Origin: Octopus vulgaris
Lineage: Eukaryota
Direction: 5' to 3'
Assembly: GCA_951406725.2 (NCBI GenBank)
Contig: OX597815.1
Location: 100,626,001 to 100,690,000 of the forward strand
Length of the DNA: 64,000 nt
Each line of letters begins with the position of its first letter. Position 1 is the stretch's first letter. The position numbers were made by a program, and so were the translations under genes. Positions 13,085 through 27,700 of the stretch are shown here, in pieces. The notes under the pieces were generated by a model. That model searched no databases. It was given only the letters and a program-made list of their open reading frames with translations, and had not been told where the DNA came from.

Positions 13085-13640
13085 ACATCACCAGTCTGGA
13101 ACCCCTATCTGGCTTAGGACTTTGACCTCCTGGAAACTGTTCAGAGACATGCAACCAAGCGAATACCCTCCATCAGGCATCTACTATACTCTAAACGCCT
13201 TGCTTCCCTGGTCATAGATACATTGAAACTCCGACGTCTGGCAACTGACTTAGTAAACACCCACAAAATTATTAACCATCATGCCATCAACCATTTTGAG
13301 CTCCATGTGTCTAACACGTGGGCATGCCTACAAAGTCAGAAAACAGCACAACTCCCATGACTTTCAGAAACATTTTTTCACTCTCAGAGTTGCATGGAAC
13401 AAACTAGCTGCATCAGTTGTTAGTTGCCGAGATATTGCATCCTTTAAAGCCTCCATGGTTCCTGAAATTTGCCAACACTACACCTGATACCCCCCCCCCC
13501 TGCCATATGCATGCACACATGTGTATTCTAACTCATATACTGTTCACTTTCCTGACTTTTGTACATAATTCTATGTACTCTACATGTACCTTTGATGAGT
13601 TGTAGTGCACCTGAGCACTATACACAATAATTTCATTATT
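13085..13640 (+). mobile_element. CR1-like LINE 3' fragment (degenerate RT C-terminus and 3' UTR)
   Basis: Translates VWNPYL..D..LETVQRHATK and TRGHAYKV...FFTLRVAWNKL. The 3' end gttgtagtgcacctgagcac is shared with the inverted copy at ~17210. Confidence 0.75.
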
Positions 13641-14269
13641 ATAAAAAAGAAAAACAGAGTTATGTTTTCAGGTAATATACAGTTCAAACAATAGAACATA
13701 TTTTATGGCAAAAAGATGTCTGATACTTTGATCTTTCTGCAATGAACATTTCTGCTTGAAGCCTTCTCTTGTGTTACAAAAACATATTCTACTGTTTCAA
13801 TTAGTTGTATTACAATTTGCTGACATAAAACTATTACTTCATTTGTTAAGGTATCTCTACAGATATTCTATAGAAATTATAGCCAATACTGATTAATGGG
13901 TAAGATAGGTACTGAAGAAGGAGCAAAAAACTCCTGACATATGGCATATACACCCATTTTTCATTTCCATCTCATTGTTTGTTTACATCTGGTGTTTCGG
14001 ATACAAAACATCATAATGAAAATCAGTGCTCGCTATAATTTCTATAGTATCTGTAGAGGTAACCTTAACAAGTGATGTAAAGAGCACTGCTAATACATTT
14101 GAACATGGTAATCACTTATAAAATCATTTAATATACTTTATAGTATATTATGGTTGCACAATGAAATACCTTGTCTCTGTAAGTCAGTATAAACTATTAC
14201 TTATTTCCTTGGGTTCTATTGTTTCAATATTTATTAGGTGTTCAACAAATCTTGCTACAAGTATAGCAG

Positions 14270-14375
14270 TCATCATCATCATCATCATCATCGTTTAGCG
14301 TCCGCCTTCCATGCTAGCATGGGTTGGACGGTTCAACTGGGGTCTGGGAAGCCAGAAGGCTGCACCAGGCCCAGT
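14270..14375 (-). mobile_element. Short 3'-end fragment of the RTE element
   Basis: (CAT)n followed by gtttagcgtccgccttccatgctagcatgggttggacgg..., matching 1711-1805. Confidence 0.75.
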
Positions 14376-16584
14376 TACACATATTAGTTACTTCTACTTT
14401 AATTATGCAGTCACATTTTAATTAGTCACAATTGCCACTGTAATTAGTCATAGTAGTAATTAGTCACAACTACCACTAGTAATAGCAGTAATTAGCCTCA
14501 GTTGCCTCTGTAACTATAAACCCATTTGTAGAGTTAATTAGCCACAATTGCTGCTAATCACAAAATCACTTGTAGCAGTAATTAATGACAACTGCCACTA
14601 ATTATACAGTCATTATAGCAATAGTTAGTCAAGCTCCCATTGTAATTACAGAATTACATCACTACCTTTCTTATATTTTTAAATAGAATTTCATGTTTTT
14701 GTCTTAATTTCTATAGAAAATCTTTCTGAAAGTCTAGACCTTCATTGAGAAGGAAGACCATCAAAATTATGATATAGTATTACATCAATGAAATGAAACA
14801 TTTTCTACTTATATTGAAACAGTTGGGCAAATAATTGTATGACTGAAATAAAGTAAACACTGTAGGTTGATGTTTGTAATGACAACTTAGGCAAAGGGTT
14901 GTAATTCTGGAATGTAAGAATTGAATATAACATGGTACATTTATTCAGTTGAGATCTAGTTTTAACTGGAATAATAAAGTAAATACTACCAAAACATAGT
15001 GCAGTGTCAGACAAGATGGCAGCTCAAATCCAAAGACATTCTAGCCACGACCACCCATCTTTCTTTGTTTCTCAGATGCAGTGTATCTAGGGTCATACAA
15101 TGTGTCCTTCCTTTAAAACAATAGTGTAATTTGGAAAAATCTGGCAGGTCATACGTTTTCATAGAGCCTCCTCCCTCATGGTATTTAATTACAGTGCTTT
15201 ATGTTTTGAGTTCAAATACCATCAAAGTCAACTTTGGCTTTTATCATTCTAGGGTTGATAATCTAGTACCAGCTGATATAATCGTCCTCAAGCTGATGTA
15301 TATCATCTATATATGGTTACCTAACCAGCTGTTCAGCAAAGGGCAGTTGTTGAATGACATAACCTACAGGTAACACGTTCAAAGGTTGCACAATATAAGC
15401 ATCCTATTGGCATTTTATCTTGATAAAAAAAAGACAAAAGTAGGTGGAAACTTAAGGTTTCTGGTAAGAAAAAAAATGCAATACATACCTATACATGGAG
15501 AATTGAAACTAAAATGCTGAAATTATTATCCCTGGGTCAACAGTAATATTAAAATAGAGATCATCACACTGCAGGTCAGAGTATGCAGTATCCTTCTCTG
15601 CTAGGCAGAAAGGTACCTACTTGTTAGGTTTTAAGCAATCTAAGAGCAAGAGAGACAGAGCTATGAAATATCTTATGAACAAATAAAGCCTTTAAACGTC
15701 CAAGATGCAACCACAAGTGTCAGTTATGTAAGTTTTTTGTAGAGGACATAACACATGTAACCAGTAGTTACTGAAAAATGTCTTTGAGATACCACCTCCT
15801 GCTGCAACATGATATTGCTATCCACAGAAAAAAGTTGCTCTGAGATAAATACAAACAACACCTCTGCTGTTTACACACAAGGAATATTGGTACAAACACT
15901 GAAGTCTGATACCGTTATTTACAACAGTAAAGAAAAATAATGTATGGCCATTGAAGTAAGCTACCATGCAGATATGCACATCTCTTCCAAAATTTGCAAA
16001 ATGGAGAATATTTATGAACAACTGTTTCACAGCTTGCTGTTCATTTATCTTTAATTATAAAATCGCATACCAATAATTATTGGTGCATTTGGTTATTTTA
16101 GTAAATGTCTAAGTAACTTTATGGAAAAGCTAGGAATTTCAGGCAAAGAGAGCCTGGCTAACAAACACTTTAGAGATAACATCTCCAAGTGAAACAGTAA
16201 AGATATGCAAGACTTTTTCCGTAGCTCAACATGTAACATTATTGTAGTTATCCATATTCCAGTGATGGAGCTTTGCTTCTTTATTAGAAACCAGATCTCT
16301 CTTTCTTGGAAGAAATCTAATAATTAAAAAAAAAAAGTCATACTTTTATACAAGAGTATATAGACAATATATTCACACTATGCGAATGTGAATATACTAA
16401 CATTAGCATAAGACAAGTACACATCTTTAATATTTTCAGATCTACATAAATATATTTACCATACTTAACATATCAAGTTCTATTTCTTCCATTTTTACCA
16501 CTAAACTTTCACGCTACGCACATACATACACACATGTATATGCATTGTGCATTTACTGATTTACCTCCCTTATACAACCAATTT

Positions 16585-17100
16585 ATTGGGTTGAGAAATA
16601 ATTCATGAGCGAGTTTTTACAAATTTAAAAATGCATGTAGAAATAAAACGCATTGGCAAAATATTTTATCTTGTAGAGCAAAAAATTCTCTTTCAAATAA
16701 TATAAAACAGTTTGGCAATGCCTTTTATTTCTGCATGCATTTTTGAATTTGAAAAAAAAAACAAAAAACAAAAAAAAACGCTAATGAATTATTCCTCAAG
16801 ACAACAGGATTTGGCTCCTTGCCATACTCTGCAAAGAGTCTTAAGTGGCTGTCAAAGAATTACTATGACTTCACCTAATTTCTGGCTTTCTAAGTTTCCC
16901 AATTTTAATCCCTTGGATTAATATATGTAGGATGCAGTTGAGAAAGATACCAACTACTCTGCTTGAAACACCAAGGCAGAGCTGGGGTCAAGACCAAGGA
17001 AGTGTTCAAATATCTTCCGTGGGGCACTGTGAGGAATGCATGTGCCAGCTTCTGAAGCTCTCTTAAGGCTGAGATATTGTGTTTTATTTTCCTTTTATGC
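16585..17100 (+). mobile_element. Tc1/mariner-superfamily transposase remnant
   Basis: Degenerate QQDLAPCH...FW...PNFNPLD motif (QQD-AP-H and SPDLNP-D catalytic region). TIR-like attgggttgagaaataattc at ~16586. Confidence 0.55.
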
Positions 17101-17204
17101 AAACTGTCACATCTAGCCTGAACACCCTGCATATATATACATGTACACATACCACAATTATGCTGTTGGTGATGGATTGCTACCATTCAGTGGTTTTAAA
17201 ACAT

Positions 17205-17930
17205 GAGCTTGTTGTATACAGTGCTCAGGTGCACTACAACTTGTTGAAAAAGGGGTAAAAGAAAGGGACAGAAATTAGCAATATGTTGAGTAAAGAAAGA
17301 CAGCAATGAAAGCTAGAAGTACAAAAGATAAAGTGCAAAAAGACTGAAAAGTGAACATTAAAAGAGCCATAAGGAGGAAAGGATGCATGTGGACATCAGA
17401 GGTAGTGTTATTGATTTTTCGAAAGATACAATGTTCCAACAGTTAACAACTGACAAGGGTCGTTTATCTCATGTTTCTGAGTCATAGGTGTTGTGCTGCT
17501 TTTTCATTTTATAAGTGTGTGTCTTACAGGTGACAGAGGTATTGAATTCAAAAAGCTGGCCAAAGTTTTTGGAAAGATTGTGGATAATCTTCAGGGCTTC
17601 TAACAAGTCAGCTGCTGGATCAGAGAAGCAAGATATTCTAGATATGGTGATAAAGGGAGTTCATCTGATTACATGTCAATGAACTACTTCCAGTTGATCA
17701 ATACTTGGGATGGAGGTTCCAGACTGGAAATGCAAACTGTAAGTGTGAATGTACTATACTCATATATAGTTTTAAATAAATAGCTACATGAGTGGTTGGC
17801 AAATGTCTTATTGAATAATACTAAGACATCAACAACCTTTCTTGACAATTTTAGAAATGTAATTTATCCAACACAGTCTATTGTTGACACTATGCCTAGG
17901 TCATGTTCACTTGTAAATTTCTTAACTGTT
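17205..17930 (-). mobile_element. CR1-like LINE fragment (reverse)
   Basis: Shares the 3' end with 13600-13625. The reverse strand shows decayed AFPVWNLHP...DQLEVV and DLGIVST (RT C-terminal) motifs. Confidence 0.6.
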
Positions 17931-18849
17931 TAACATTCTGTCAAATGTAATGCATATTTTAATTGACATTGTTTTAATTAATCATGCATTATATTAGAGT
18001 GTTGATATTTTGATGACGTGATTCTTTTTAGAATGACATTGTAGGTAGGTATGAAGAGGCTAAATCTGGCTGTTTGAATATAAAATAGGCAAAATATTTG
18101 AGCTGAATATGGCTGGTTTAAATGGTAAAAGGTGTGGTGCAGTAGGTGAATTCAGGGTTTTTTCTCCCAAATGGCGCACTTGTCTACAGCCAACAAGAGT
18201 TGCCATTTAGAAATCCACTGCCTTTGTTTAATCACATTTTGAAGTCTTGTTAACATTGTCATTGTAGGGATTGTAGCTAAGAAGCAGTTAATCATATTAC
18301 ATGACATGAGTTAAAAGCTAGTATTTAAATAGAAGACAAAAACTAAACTATAAAAATGCATCTATCACCTCCCTTGCTGGACCCCTTTTCCCCAATACCC
18401 ATAAACAATTTTCCATCTCACCCCACTCAAGGGAGGGGGTCACCGCTCAATTCTACAAAGAACTGGGTTAGATAAATATTGTTGGTGTTGCTTTATAGCA
18501 AGATGCCTTTCCTGTCACTACCCCTTACCTGTTTTTCAAGTAAGGTAGGTTATATTCCATCCATCTTCAAAGTGCAGAGTGAATGAAGTTCTGGGCAAGG
18601 ATTCTTTGTGGAAAACTAGTTGCTGCCCATGCAGTAAATATCCCCTTCCCATACCACCAATATTGGCTACGGGAAAGACAAAGGACGATAATTTGGTACC
18701 AGTGTAGTTGCAGTTTAACTCAGAATTTAAACAAATTTTGTAATTTCTTCTGTTCAATGCTCTAACAATTCCATTAGTTCATCACCCAGGATTGTGCTTC
18801 ATTTTATTAATTCTGGAAGGATGAAAAGCAAAGATGACCTCAGCAGATC

Positions 18850-19205
18850 TTTTATCTTTTATTTGTTCAAGTGATTAGACTGCAGTACTGTTTTGAAAAA
18901 TTATCTATAGACTCCAGTACTTTTTTTTTAAAGCCTGGTATTTAGTCTATCAGTCTCTTTTGTTGAACCACCAAGTTACAGGGACATAAACACACCGGCA
19001 CTGGTTGTCAAGCAGTGTGTGTGAGGGAACAGACATACACGTAGGTATATATGACGGGCTTTTTTCAGTTTCCATCTTCCAAATCCATTCATGAGGCCCA
19101 AGGCTATATCAGAATACACTTGCCCAATGTGCCATGCTGTAGGACTGAATCCAGAATTATGTAGTCAGGAAGCCAGCTTCTTATCACACAGCCATGCCTG
19201 CACCT
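18850..19205 (-). mobile_element. tRNA-derived SINE, family B (reverse)
   Basis: cacagccatgcctgcacc end; gggctttttcagtttcc...aaatcc...cacttgccca body, as in 47815. Confidence 0.6.
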
Positions 19206-19307
19206 ATAAAATGTACACAGTATTCTGTGTTCTATTACATAATGTGTGTAGAGTTATCTAACTAGTTTATTATATAGTGATAGAAGTATTAACTATATTA
19301 GCAATAC

Positions 19308-19490
19308 AGATGGCAAGCTGGCAGAATTGTTAGCATGTCTTTATGGTCCGAGTTCAAATTCCATTGAGGTGAACTTTGCCTTTCATCCTTGACAAAATAA
19401 GTACCAGTCAAAGAATGGGGTCAATGTAATTGACTAACCCACTCCTCCAAAATCACAGGCCTTGTGCCTATTGTAGAAAGGGTTATATAG
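19308..19490 (+). mobile_element. SINE family A copy
   Basis: aagctggcagaattgttagc...gagttcaaattcc...gcctttcatcc...aagtaccag...ggccttgtgcctat. Confidence 0.7.
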
Positions 19491-20285
19491 CAATGAATTT
19501 AAGGAAGCTGATCTCAACGTGGACCCATGAATGCTTTTAGTGATGTCCACTTTGTTACAAGCATTCAGGTCAGAGGATGACTTAAAATCTTGATTCACTG
19601 ATTCTTATTACCTGAAGTCATGAATCATGGTTTCCTATCACTTTTCTCAGAAACGAAGCTAAAGTTGAGGGTAATGCCCTTCTTCTTATCATTAAACCAT
19701 AAAGAAAATACAAGCCAACTTGGAAGCTTCCATATGAATATTTACTTAAGTAGGAATAGCAACCAAATCACTTTCAATTCACACTTGAACATCTTAAAAA
19801 AATAACTGAAGTATATAGATACTGAAAATGTGTTGGCGATAATTAGAATATTTTACGTTATAGAATTTCTGTCAGAACTGTCTTGGCACAAAAGAATTAA
19901 TCCCACTAGAAAGCCTTATTGTGCATAGCAATGGGTGCAAGGATTTACAATTATTCATTCATTTAGAAAATCTATAAAGAGGAAAGTGAATTTGAGAAAA
20001 AAAAAATGCGTGATGAAAGTCAAACTATGAAGTATATATATTTCAGAGGTTTATTATGATAAATGAATATTTTTATTTTCAATCAGTCTCAAACAGGTGG
20101 TACAGAGTGAAATATTAACACAGTACCATGGCAGATTAGAACATACAATTTGCTGGGAAACAGGGATAGGGAATTTAAAAAAACAAAATTTACAGAATTT
20201 TCATATATACGACTGTCTGAGTGTAAATATATATATATATATACATATATACATGTGTGAGCATATAAATGTGTCTGTGTGCATG

Positions 20286-20322
<37 letters not shown>

Positions 20323-21151
20323 ATACATACATACATACATACACACACATACATATACACACTCATTTTTCTTCACATAACTTGTGTAGATCCAGTTTTT
20401 GTCATTCATAATGCAAAAAGAAAAAGTGTTTTTTTTCAATAAAACCAACTAAATGCTAAAACAAAATATACAAATGAATGATCTCTGATTTTTTTTTTAG
20501 ACATCATGGCCTTAGCCATGAAGTCTAAAAGACCTTTACTGCTGGCTATTAAAAAAAAAATCACTTAGATGCTAGAATATATCAAGAACATTTTGATGAG
20601 ATATAGAATTTTTTTTCCAGTTATTTTTATGGATTATATTAGAGAAATGTATATCATTGTTGTTTAGTTCCAGATCAATCAATGATCACAGACATTCCAG
20701 CCATGACAATCCCATCACTTTAGGATTACATTTTCTAATATATCCTGTTTGTATGTCATATGGTAGGGTATGATTCAAGGAAGATATGGCTGCTGTATCT
20801 AGCAAGTCTAGCAGACATATAAAGGCTCTCATGTTGGTGAGTGTGAGAAAATTGGAGATTTCTGTTTTCACACACACAAATCAAACACATTGTCATCATA
20901 AAATGCCAGAAAGCATGCTTAATATACTGATATTCTTAATTAAAATTTATACTCATTGCTAATAGGCCTTACAGAAGGGATATTTTATATCCTAAACATA
21001 TTCTCTTACTAGTTTTAGCCTGTGGGCTGTTTCCATGGAGGGGCACCATCAACATACATGCATGAATATACAAACACATAATGATAATAAGAGTTAACAT
21101 CTATTTTGAAATAACTGCCAACAATCTTATAATAAATATTTGACTAAATAA

Positions 21152-21186
<35 letters not shown>

Positions 21187-23271
21187 TTCTTTGTTTAGTT
21201 AATGCTTGTATTTATGTTGGTTTTTATGTATGTTTACTTTATGCATTTAAAACACTAATTTTACACACACACACACACAAATACAATTTTTTTTATTGGC
21301 TCCAGTTATTGGACTGTCATGACTTTGTTATAGAAATGCCATATAGCTAAGAAGATCTTACAAATGATGAAAAAATATTTTATAGGCATGAAATGTTAAG
21401 AGCTACAAAGGGGACAATGGAAAATTGTGAAGTTGGTACAAGGCACAAGGCTAGATATTTTGAGAGGCAAGGAGAGATACTTTCAAAATTATCAGCCTTA
21501 AACTTGACTAACACTTTATTTTAGCAGCCACAGAGTGATAAAGTGTAAAGTTCACAGCAGTGGGATATGAACCAACTGAGAAAGGGGTGTAAGTACTGGA
21601 AAGTATTTTGTCTGCCTTTCTATTAGTTCTGCCAATAAGAATAATCATTTCAAATATAATCATAAAATATTATTGCAACTAACGGTAGTCATCAAATATT
21701 TTAACCAAAATACAGTTTACAACTTTTATTTCTGTTAGCTTTAAAAAAAAAAAAAATCAATGTCATTGTTTCTAAGAGATCTTAATTGAAGAAATTTATA
21801 GTAGAACTAATTAGAGATTTTACACTTAAAGGCTGTGGAGTTAAGAAGTTCATGTCTCAACCATGTAGCTTTGGGCTCAGCCCCAGTGTAGCATCTTGGA
21901 AAAGTATCTATACTAAAGCCCTACACTGGCCAATGCCTTGTTATATATATATATATATATATATACATAATATATATATATATATACACATACATATACA
22001 CATGTGTGACTTATAAACAGTGAAGTCCCCATTTGCAGATGAACTGCAAACAGTGAGGTTTGTCGACATTTTCTGTCAACAGATTGTCTGCATGCTCTGT
22101 GCTTTTCAATTGTTTGGGGGGAGGGGGGATCCCCTTACAAGCAACACAGGGATTGATTGGTACCAAAAAGAGCTTTCAGTTGTAAAGATCCTGCCTCAAA
22201 TACCTCTCCTCATCTAGGCCATGCTAGCATGCTAAAATAGACACTGAACAAATAAATATATGTAATTAGATAAATGCTTATGTTTACAAATTTCAACACA
22301 TACTCAACACAAGAGTTTATAGTTATTTTGAAGCAATTAATAGTTTCACTGAGAATATGAAGCTACTTGTGAACTTTCAATCTCTCTCTCAACACATGTA
22401 TGAGAGAGAGAGAGAGAGAGAGAAATTAACGCTGCAAAACAAGGCATTTAAAAAGAGCTGAATTTCATACATATTAGCTGCTCGAGTTCATCAATGATAA
22501 ATAAACAAGTATCTATCTATCTATATATATATATATATATAAACAAATATATTAATTCCTAGTAACATGAACATTATGACCTTAGTGTTACATAGAGCCT
22601 TTTGTTAACTTTCATTCATTGTTAAACATGATCAGTATTATCGATATGGCAAGGGTTGTCAGAAGTTAAGTTCCTTGTGAGTCTACAAGTTGGTTTCAAC
22701 TACTACAGTTCAACCTTATCCAAACACATCTATGATCAAAAGCATTCTAGCCATACTCATCTTGTCTTGGTTCCCCACCCCCAGGCATACATCTTAGGAC
22801 AACAACATTCAGCATATATTTTCTATTTTAAATGGTAGAGTGTGATTCAAGAGAAATTTAGCTGTTCTTTCTAACAGTTTGAGTGACTATATTAGAGGCT
22901 GGTTCGTGTTATATGCTATTGCTTCATTTCAATTATAAACACATTGCAATCTGAGGTTTTCATCTGAGGAACTGTTTCTCTGTATGTAATCAATATTATT
23001 ATAATTATGAGGGTGATGAGCTAGTAGACTTGTTAGAGTGTGGGAGAAAAGCCATATGGTATTCATTCCAACTCTTTACATTTTGAGTTCATATCTCACT
23101 GAGGTCAGTTTTGCCTTTCATTCCTCAGGAGTTAATAAAATAAAGTACCAGTTACATATGGTGTTGACTAACTTTTTCCCTTCAAAATCAATGACCTTGT
23201 GCTTAAATTAGATGCAATTATTATTAATATAAAATGGAGTACCAGCAAAGCACTGAGGTTGATGTTACTGG

Positions 23272-23497
23272 TTAACCCTTTAGCATTTAAACCAGCCATA
23301 TCCGATCCTAATATTCTACCTGCTTTATCCTCAAATCAGCCAGAGCTGCCTTCTCACACCTACCCTACAATGTCATTTTAAAAATAACCAATCATCATCA
23401 AAATCTCAAAGCTATGAGATAATGCATGGTTGACTCAAAATAATGTCAATAAATAAGCATTACATTTCACAAAGTAATCTGAATGCTAAAGAGTTAA
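23272..23497. mobile_element. piggyBac-type MITE copy
   Basis: TTAA-ccctttagcatt ... aatgctaaagag-TTAA. Confidence 0.72.
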
Positions 23498-24366
23498 TTT
23501 CCATCCATAAATCTCAGGCCCTGTTTGTCTGCCAGAAACATTATCATTATTATACTAGTTTCACTCAATGGAATACGAGTGTGTGTGTGGCCATGCTTAG
23601 CAGAATTACATCAACACCATTATTTATAAATCAATACTTATTTAATTGACCTTAGACAAAAGATAAACAACAAAGTTGATGTGAGGAAGATTTGAAGTCA
23701 GAACATGACAAAATGCAAGATATTTTATCAGATACTACCAATTCTGCTGTCCACATCACTATTATTATTATTATTTATATTAATTATATTATTGGAACTA
23801 TTAAAATCATAAATAACTTTACAGCCAGCTACCCATGCTAGCATTATTTGGATGAATTTTGAAACTCCAATCATAATTATTAAAATTAAATTTGACGCAT
23901 GATCATTATTTGTATGAAATGTTGGAGAAGGTGATCTAGGAATAGACGACTTTCTTATACAAATGAGAGGGCAACAAAGGAAACAAAATTTTTTAGCCCA
24001 GAGAAAAAGCAAGAGGGTGAGTGTGTTATATTTACATACACAATACAATTTATCATACAGATTAACTCAGTGGGACCAGCAGCAAAGTTCAGATTATGTT
24101 CCAGAAAAAAAAAAGAAAAGAAAAAAAAAACTATATACAAAGACATATCTTTATCTGCCTTTTCAGACAAAATTACTTGCAGCTGATACTTCTGTCAACA
24201 GACAAGTGTTTACAATTTTTTTTTCCATTTATTTACACAAGGGTGAGGTGATATTTTGTCTATTGCTTGTCAACTAAAATGCTTGTTCTAGACTAACAAA
24301 AAACTCCCCACTCAAAAATCAGAATAATTTATTGAAAGGCAATGGGGGATAAATACATCTTTAAAA

Positions 24367-24397
<31 letters not shown>

Positions 24398-24756
24398 AAT
24401 AATAATAGTAAGAAGAAGAAAGCTGAGTGGTTGGCAATCATTAGTGTATTTCAAGTAAAGAAGGTAGTCAAACTTTACTGACAATAAATTAAAGATGGCC
24501 TGACTATTATCCCCAGATAGTTTCTCTCATCAAATTAAACTATCAAAAGCAATTTAGTAATTTAACAAGATTTCAAAACTTATTTATTTTTTTTTAAAAA
24601 CGTTTCAGCAAGTGAATTCTTCCATATAAATATTTAATTGAAGTAAAATGAAAGGGGTAACAGAAAAAAAAAAAGGGAATATAAAGAAAAACAAAAACAA
24701 ATAGTAAAATCACAATAAGTAGTTAATTAAAGAATATCCTAATCAATGCACTGTAG

Positions 24757-27700
24757 TTATTGAATTCGTGTTTTCTTAAAACTAAATGGATAGCCATCTG
24801 TTTTCATTTTAGTTCTTTGCAGTTTCCACCTTTGGCCAGAAACTTTTTCCTCATCAAGTACACTACGACTTATGTCAGTGTCCACAGGTGTTCTGGGCAG
24901 AGGGTAAGGTTCTCGAGTTTCAAACATGTTGCCCTTTTTATCTACTCGTACTACATGTACACGGGGCATGTCACACAGGTGACTGGCTGAACTGCGTGAT
25001 GATGCTCGCAGACAGTCTACAATGGGTATTACCCCAGGGGGGAGGGCCTGATAGTCAGATGCTTTACTGTATGTTCGGCCAACACGGATCCGAGAAGTTG
25101 GGGACTGGGTTCTAGAGTAAGTCCTGATTGGTGGGGTCATGGATGTTTTCACAAGTTCATCATCCATACTACTTGATGATGATGCAGAAGAGGAGGGAGT
25201 TAACTGGGATACTTGTAAGGTATTTTCTGATACCTTAGAAGAGCTACTACTACTGCTTGTATTAGATACACTGGTGTTGCAAGTTGACACAGTATTTGCA
25301 TTATTAGATTTATTAGATTCGTCATTCGTGTGAGCTCGTCCACCAGTATCTGATTCTTCCAAGTCCCATTTAAAAGGTCCAAGTTTAACACGCTGCCGCA
25401 GTTCTTTTAGAGCACGATTATCTACAAATTTTTTATTAAAGTTGTCAGCACATGTACTACAACAATCATCTGCTGTACTGCAGCATGGCTGAGCTGCATT
25501 GCTTTTGCTATTTGTCCTGAGATGGTCTTGTGAAAGTTTAGAACTGATCTTTGTATCATTCATATTGTCTGTAAGAGCCAAATCAATTTGGTATTTTGAT
25601 GCACTGTCATTATTCGAATCAAGCTTTTGTTCCGACTTTGATCGGCGCATCTGTTGCAATACTGGTGTACTTTCATCAAGAGACTTTCTACTCCTCAGTG
25701 AACGCCTTGTTGATACATGCTTTGTGCTATCCTCCTTTTTACTTGTCTGGCTAGCTGACAGAGACTCTAATGAGCTCATTTGCTTCAGAGAGACAACAGG
25801 GTTTTCTTTCAAAAGATTGACACTGAGCTTTTTCTTTAATTTACATCTGGGTTCTTTTTGCTTAGAAGGTTCTCGAGAGATTTTTTTCAATTCAACTCCA
25901 ATTACTTTTTTAGAAGGGGTTTTTGTTAGGGATTTTTTGTGGGGTGATTTGGCAATTGTTTTGTGAGGAGTTGTAGTCAGTTTGGTTTTAAAGTTTGTTC
26001 TAGATACTTTTGAGGAATTTTTGGATGATTTTTGATTTGTTGTAGTGGAGGGTTTTACTTGACTTTGCAGAACACCACGTCGTTTGTTTGGTTGTGGACT
26101 TGGTGAGCGTTTCCGCTTGCAAGCCCGAACAGATCTTTTGTTCTTTCCATGACAATTCATGCACATTGTATTAACAGACAAAGCTATACTTTGAATATTT
26201 TTCATCAAGCTTTCTTTTAAACTACAACGACATATTGAATTGCCATCTAAAATACAACCCATACACTTGTTCTGAACACAGCTGGCCTGACAGCGTTTTT
26301 TGCAGCAACAGTATTTACATTTCCCATTCTTTAAGGATGGACGGTCTCGGCGAAGGCGTAAGTTTATAATATTTCCAGGGTTCAATAGTTGGGTTTTCAT
26401 TTGCTCAGCAGAGACAGTCTCTGCACTGGTCTTTCGGGGTCTTCCACGTAGCCTTCGACTGCCAGAGTCTGTCGATTCTTCTGAATGGCAACTATTTTCC
26501 TGCAGTTGTAATGCTAGCTCTTCACATTTACTGCTTTTATTAAAACTTTGCAAGTCATCTTCCTCACAGGTTACTTGCTCTTGTTTCTCATTCTTGCAAA
26601 TGTCAGAACTGTCATCCTTAATAGTTGATTTGGACTGACTATTGTAGGAAATTCCAACCTCACTTTTCTCCTCTACCTCGCACTTCACTTTTGAATCTGT
26701 CTTAATATCAACCTTAGATGAACTGTAAGTCTTAATAGAAGTAGATTTTTCAGTTTTTATTTCAGTTTGAGACTCTGATGAGGCACGTTCTTTCTCTCCA
26801 CTTTCCAAATTTTTATCCTCTTTTATATCAGATTCCATTACTGATTGATCAGTGTCTGCAATCAGAGTCTGTGAATTGAAATTCTCATTAGTTTTAATGT
26901 CGTCTGTTACAGACAAGTCGCATTTAATGTCACAAGACTTCTGAGGAGCACCTGTCACATCACCAACAGGTTTTTTACCATCACATAATAACCTGCTAAT
27001 TTCAGTGTCAGAAGAATTAGCCAACTCACATTTAAAATCTGATGGCTGGCTAGCAACATCACTGCAACTAACTGGTTGGCCTTCATTCACATCACTTTTG
27101 GTCTTGGAAATCAATTGTTCAGCTCCAAGAGTATCAGAACTCACAGAAGTTGTTTTGATTTCAGTATTATTTTCACTAGGTTTCTCCTCAACAGAATTTT
27201 CTGATATTTGTTCCAAATATTTATTTGGATCAATATCAACAGATGTACCAGGTAGTTGTGCATCCTCTTCTGATTTCTGACTAGTACTGGTGTTTTCAGG
27301 TTCTAAATTTTCTGTCATTTCCTTAGTCAAATCACTTTCAGTTTTACTGTTCACTAAACTTTCCAAAGCATTTTGTTCATCTTCACAAAGGGAGGGTTTA
27401 AGGCCTGTATCCACATTAGGAGAGTTGCAAACTTTGTGTGAAACTGGAATGTTAGAACTACTGTTTACAGAAATGACTAAATCTGATGTTTCTGATGATG
27501 ATGATGAGGAGGAGGAGGATGATGATGATTCAGCTGATGAAGAAGATATTAACTTAAAAGGCAATTTGCTAGACAGGCAAGGAGTTGAAGCAACAGATGT
27601 CTGTTGTACCATGTTGGAAGGAGAAGCAGTGTTTAAAGTAGGAGACAGAGAGTCAGCAGCACTGTTAATTAATTTTTGTGACTCTTTGATACAGGAAACT

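Noticed and set aside
20089-22540. Short ORFs rich in YI/HT/CV/RE
   Set aside because: Translations of (AT)n, (AC)n and (AG)n microsatellites and SINE remnants.
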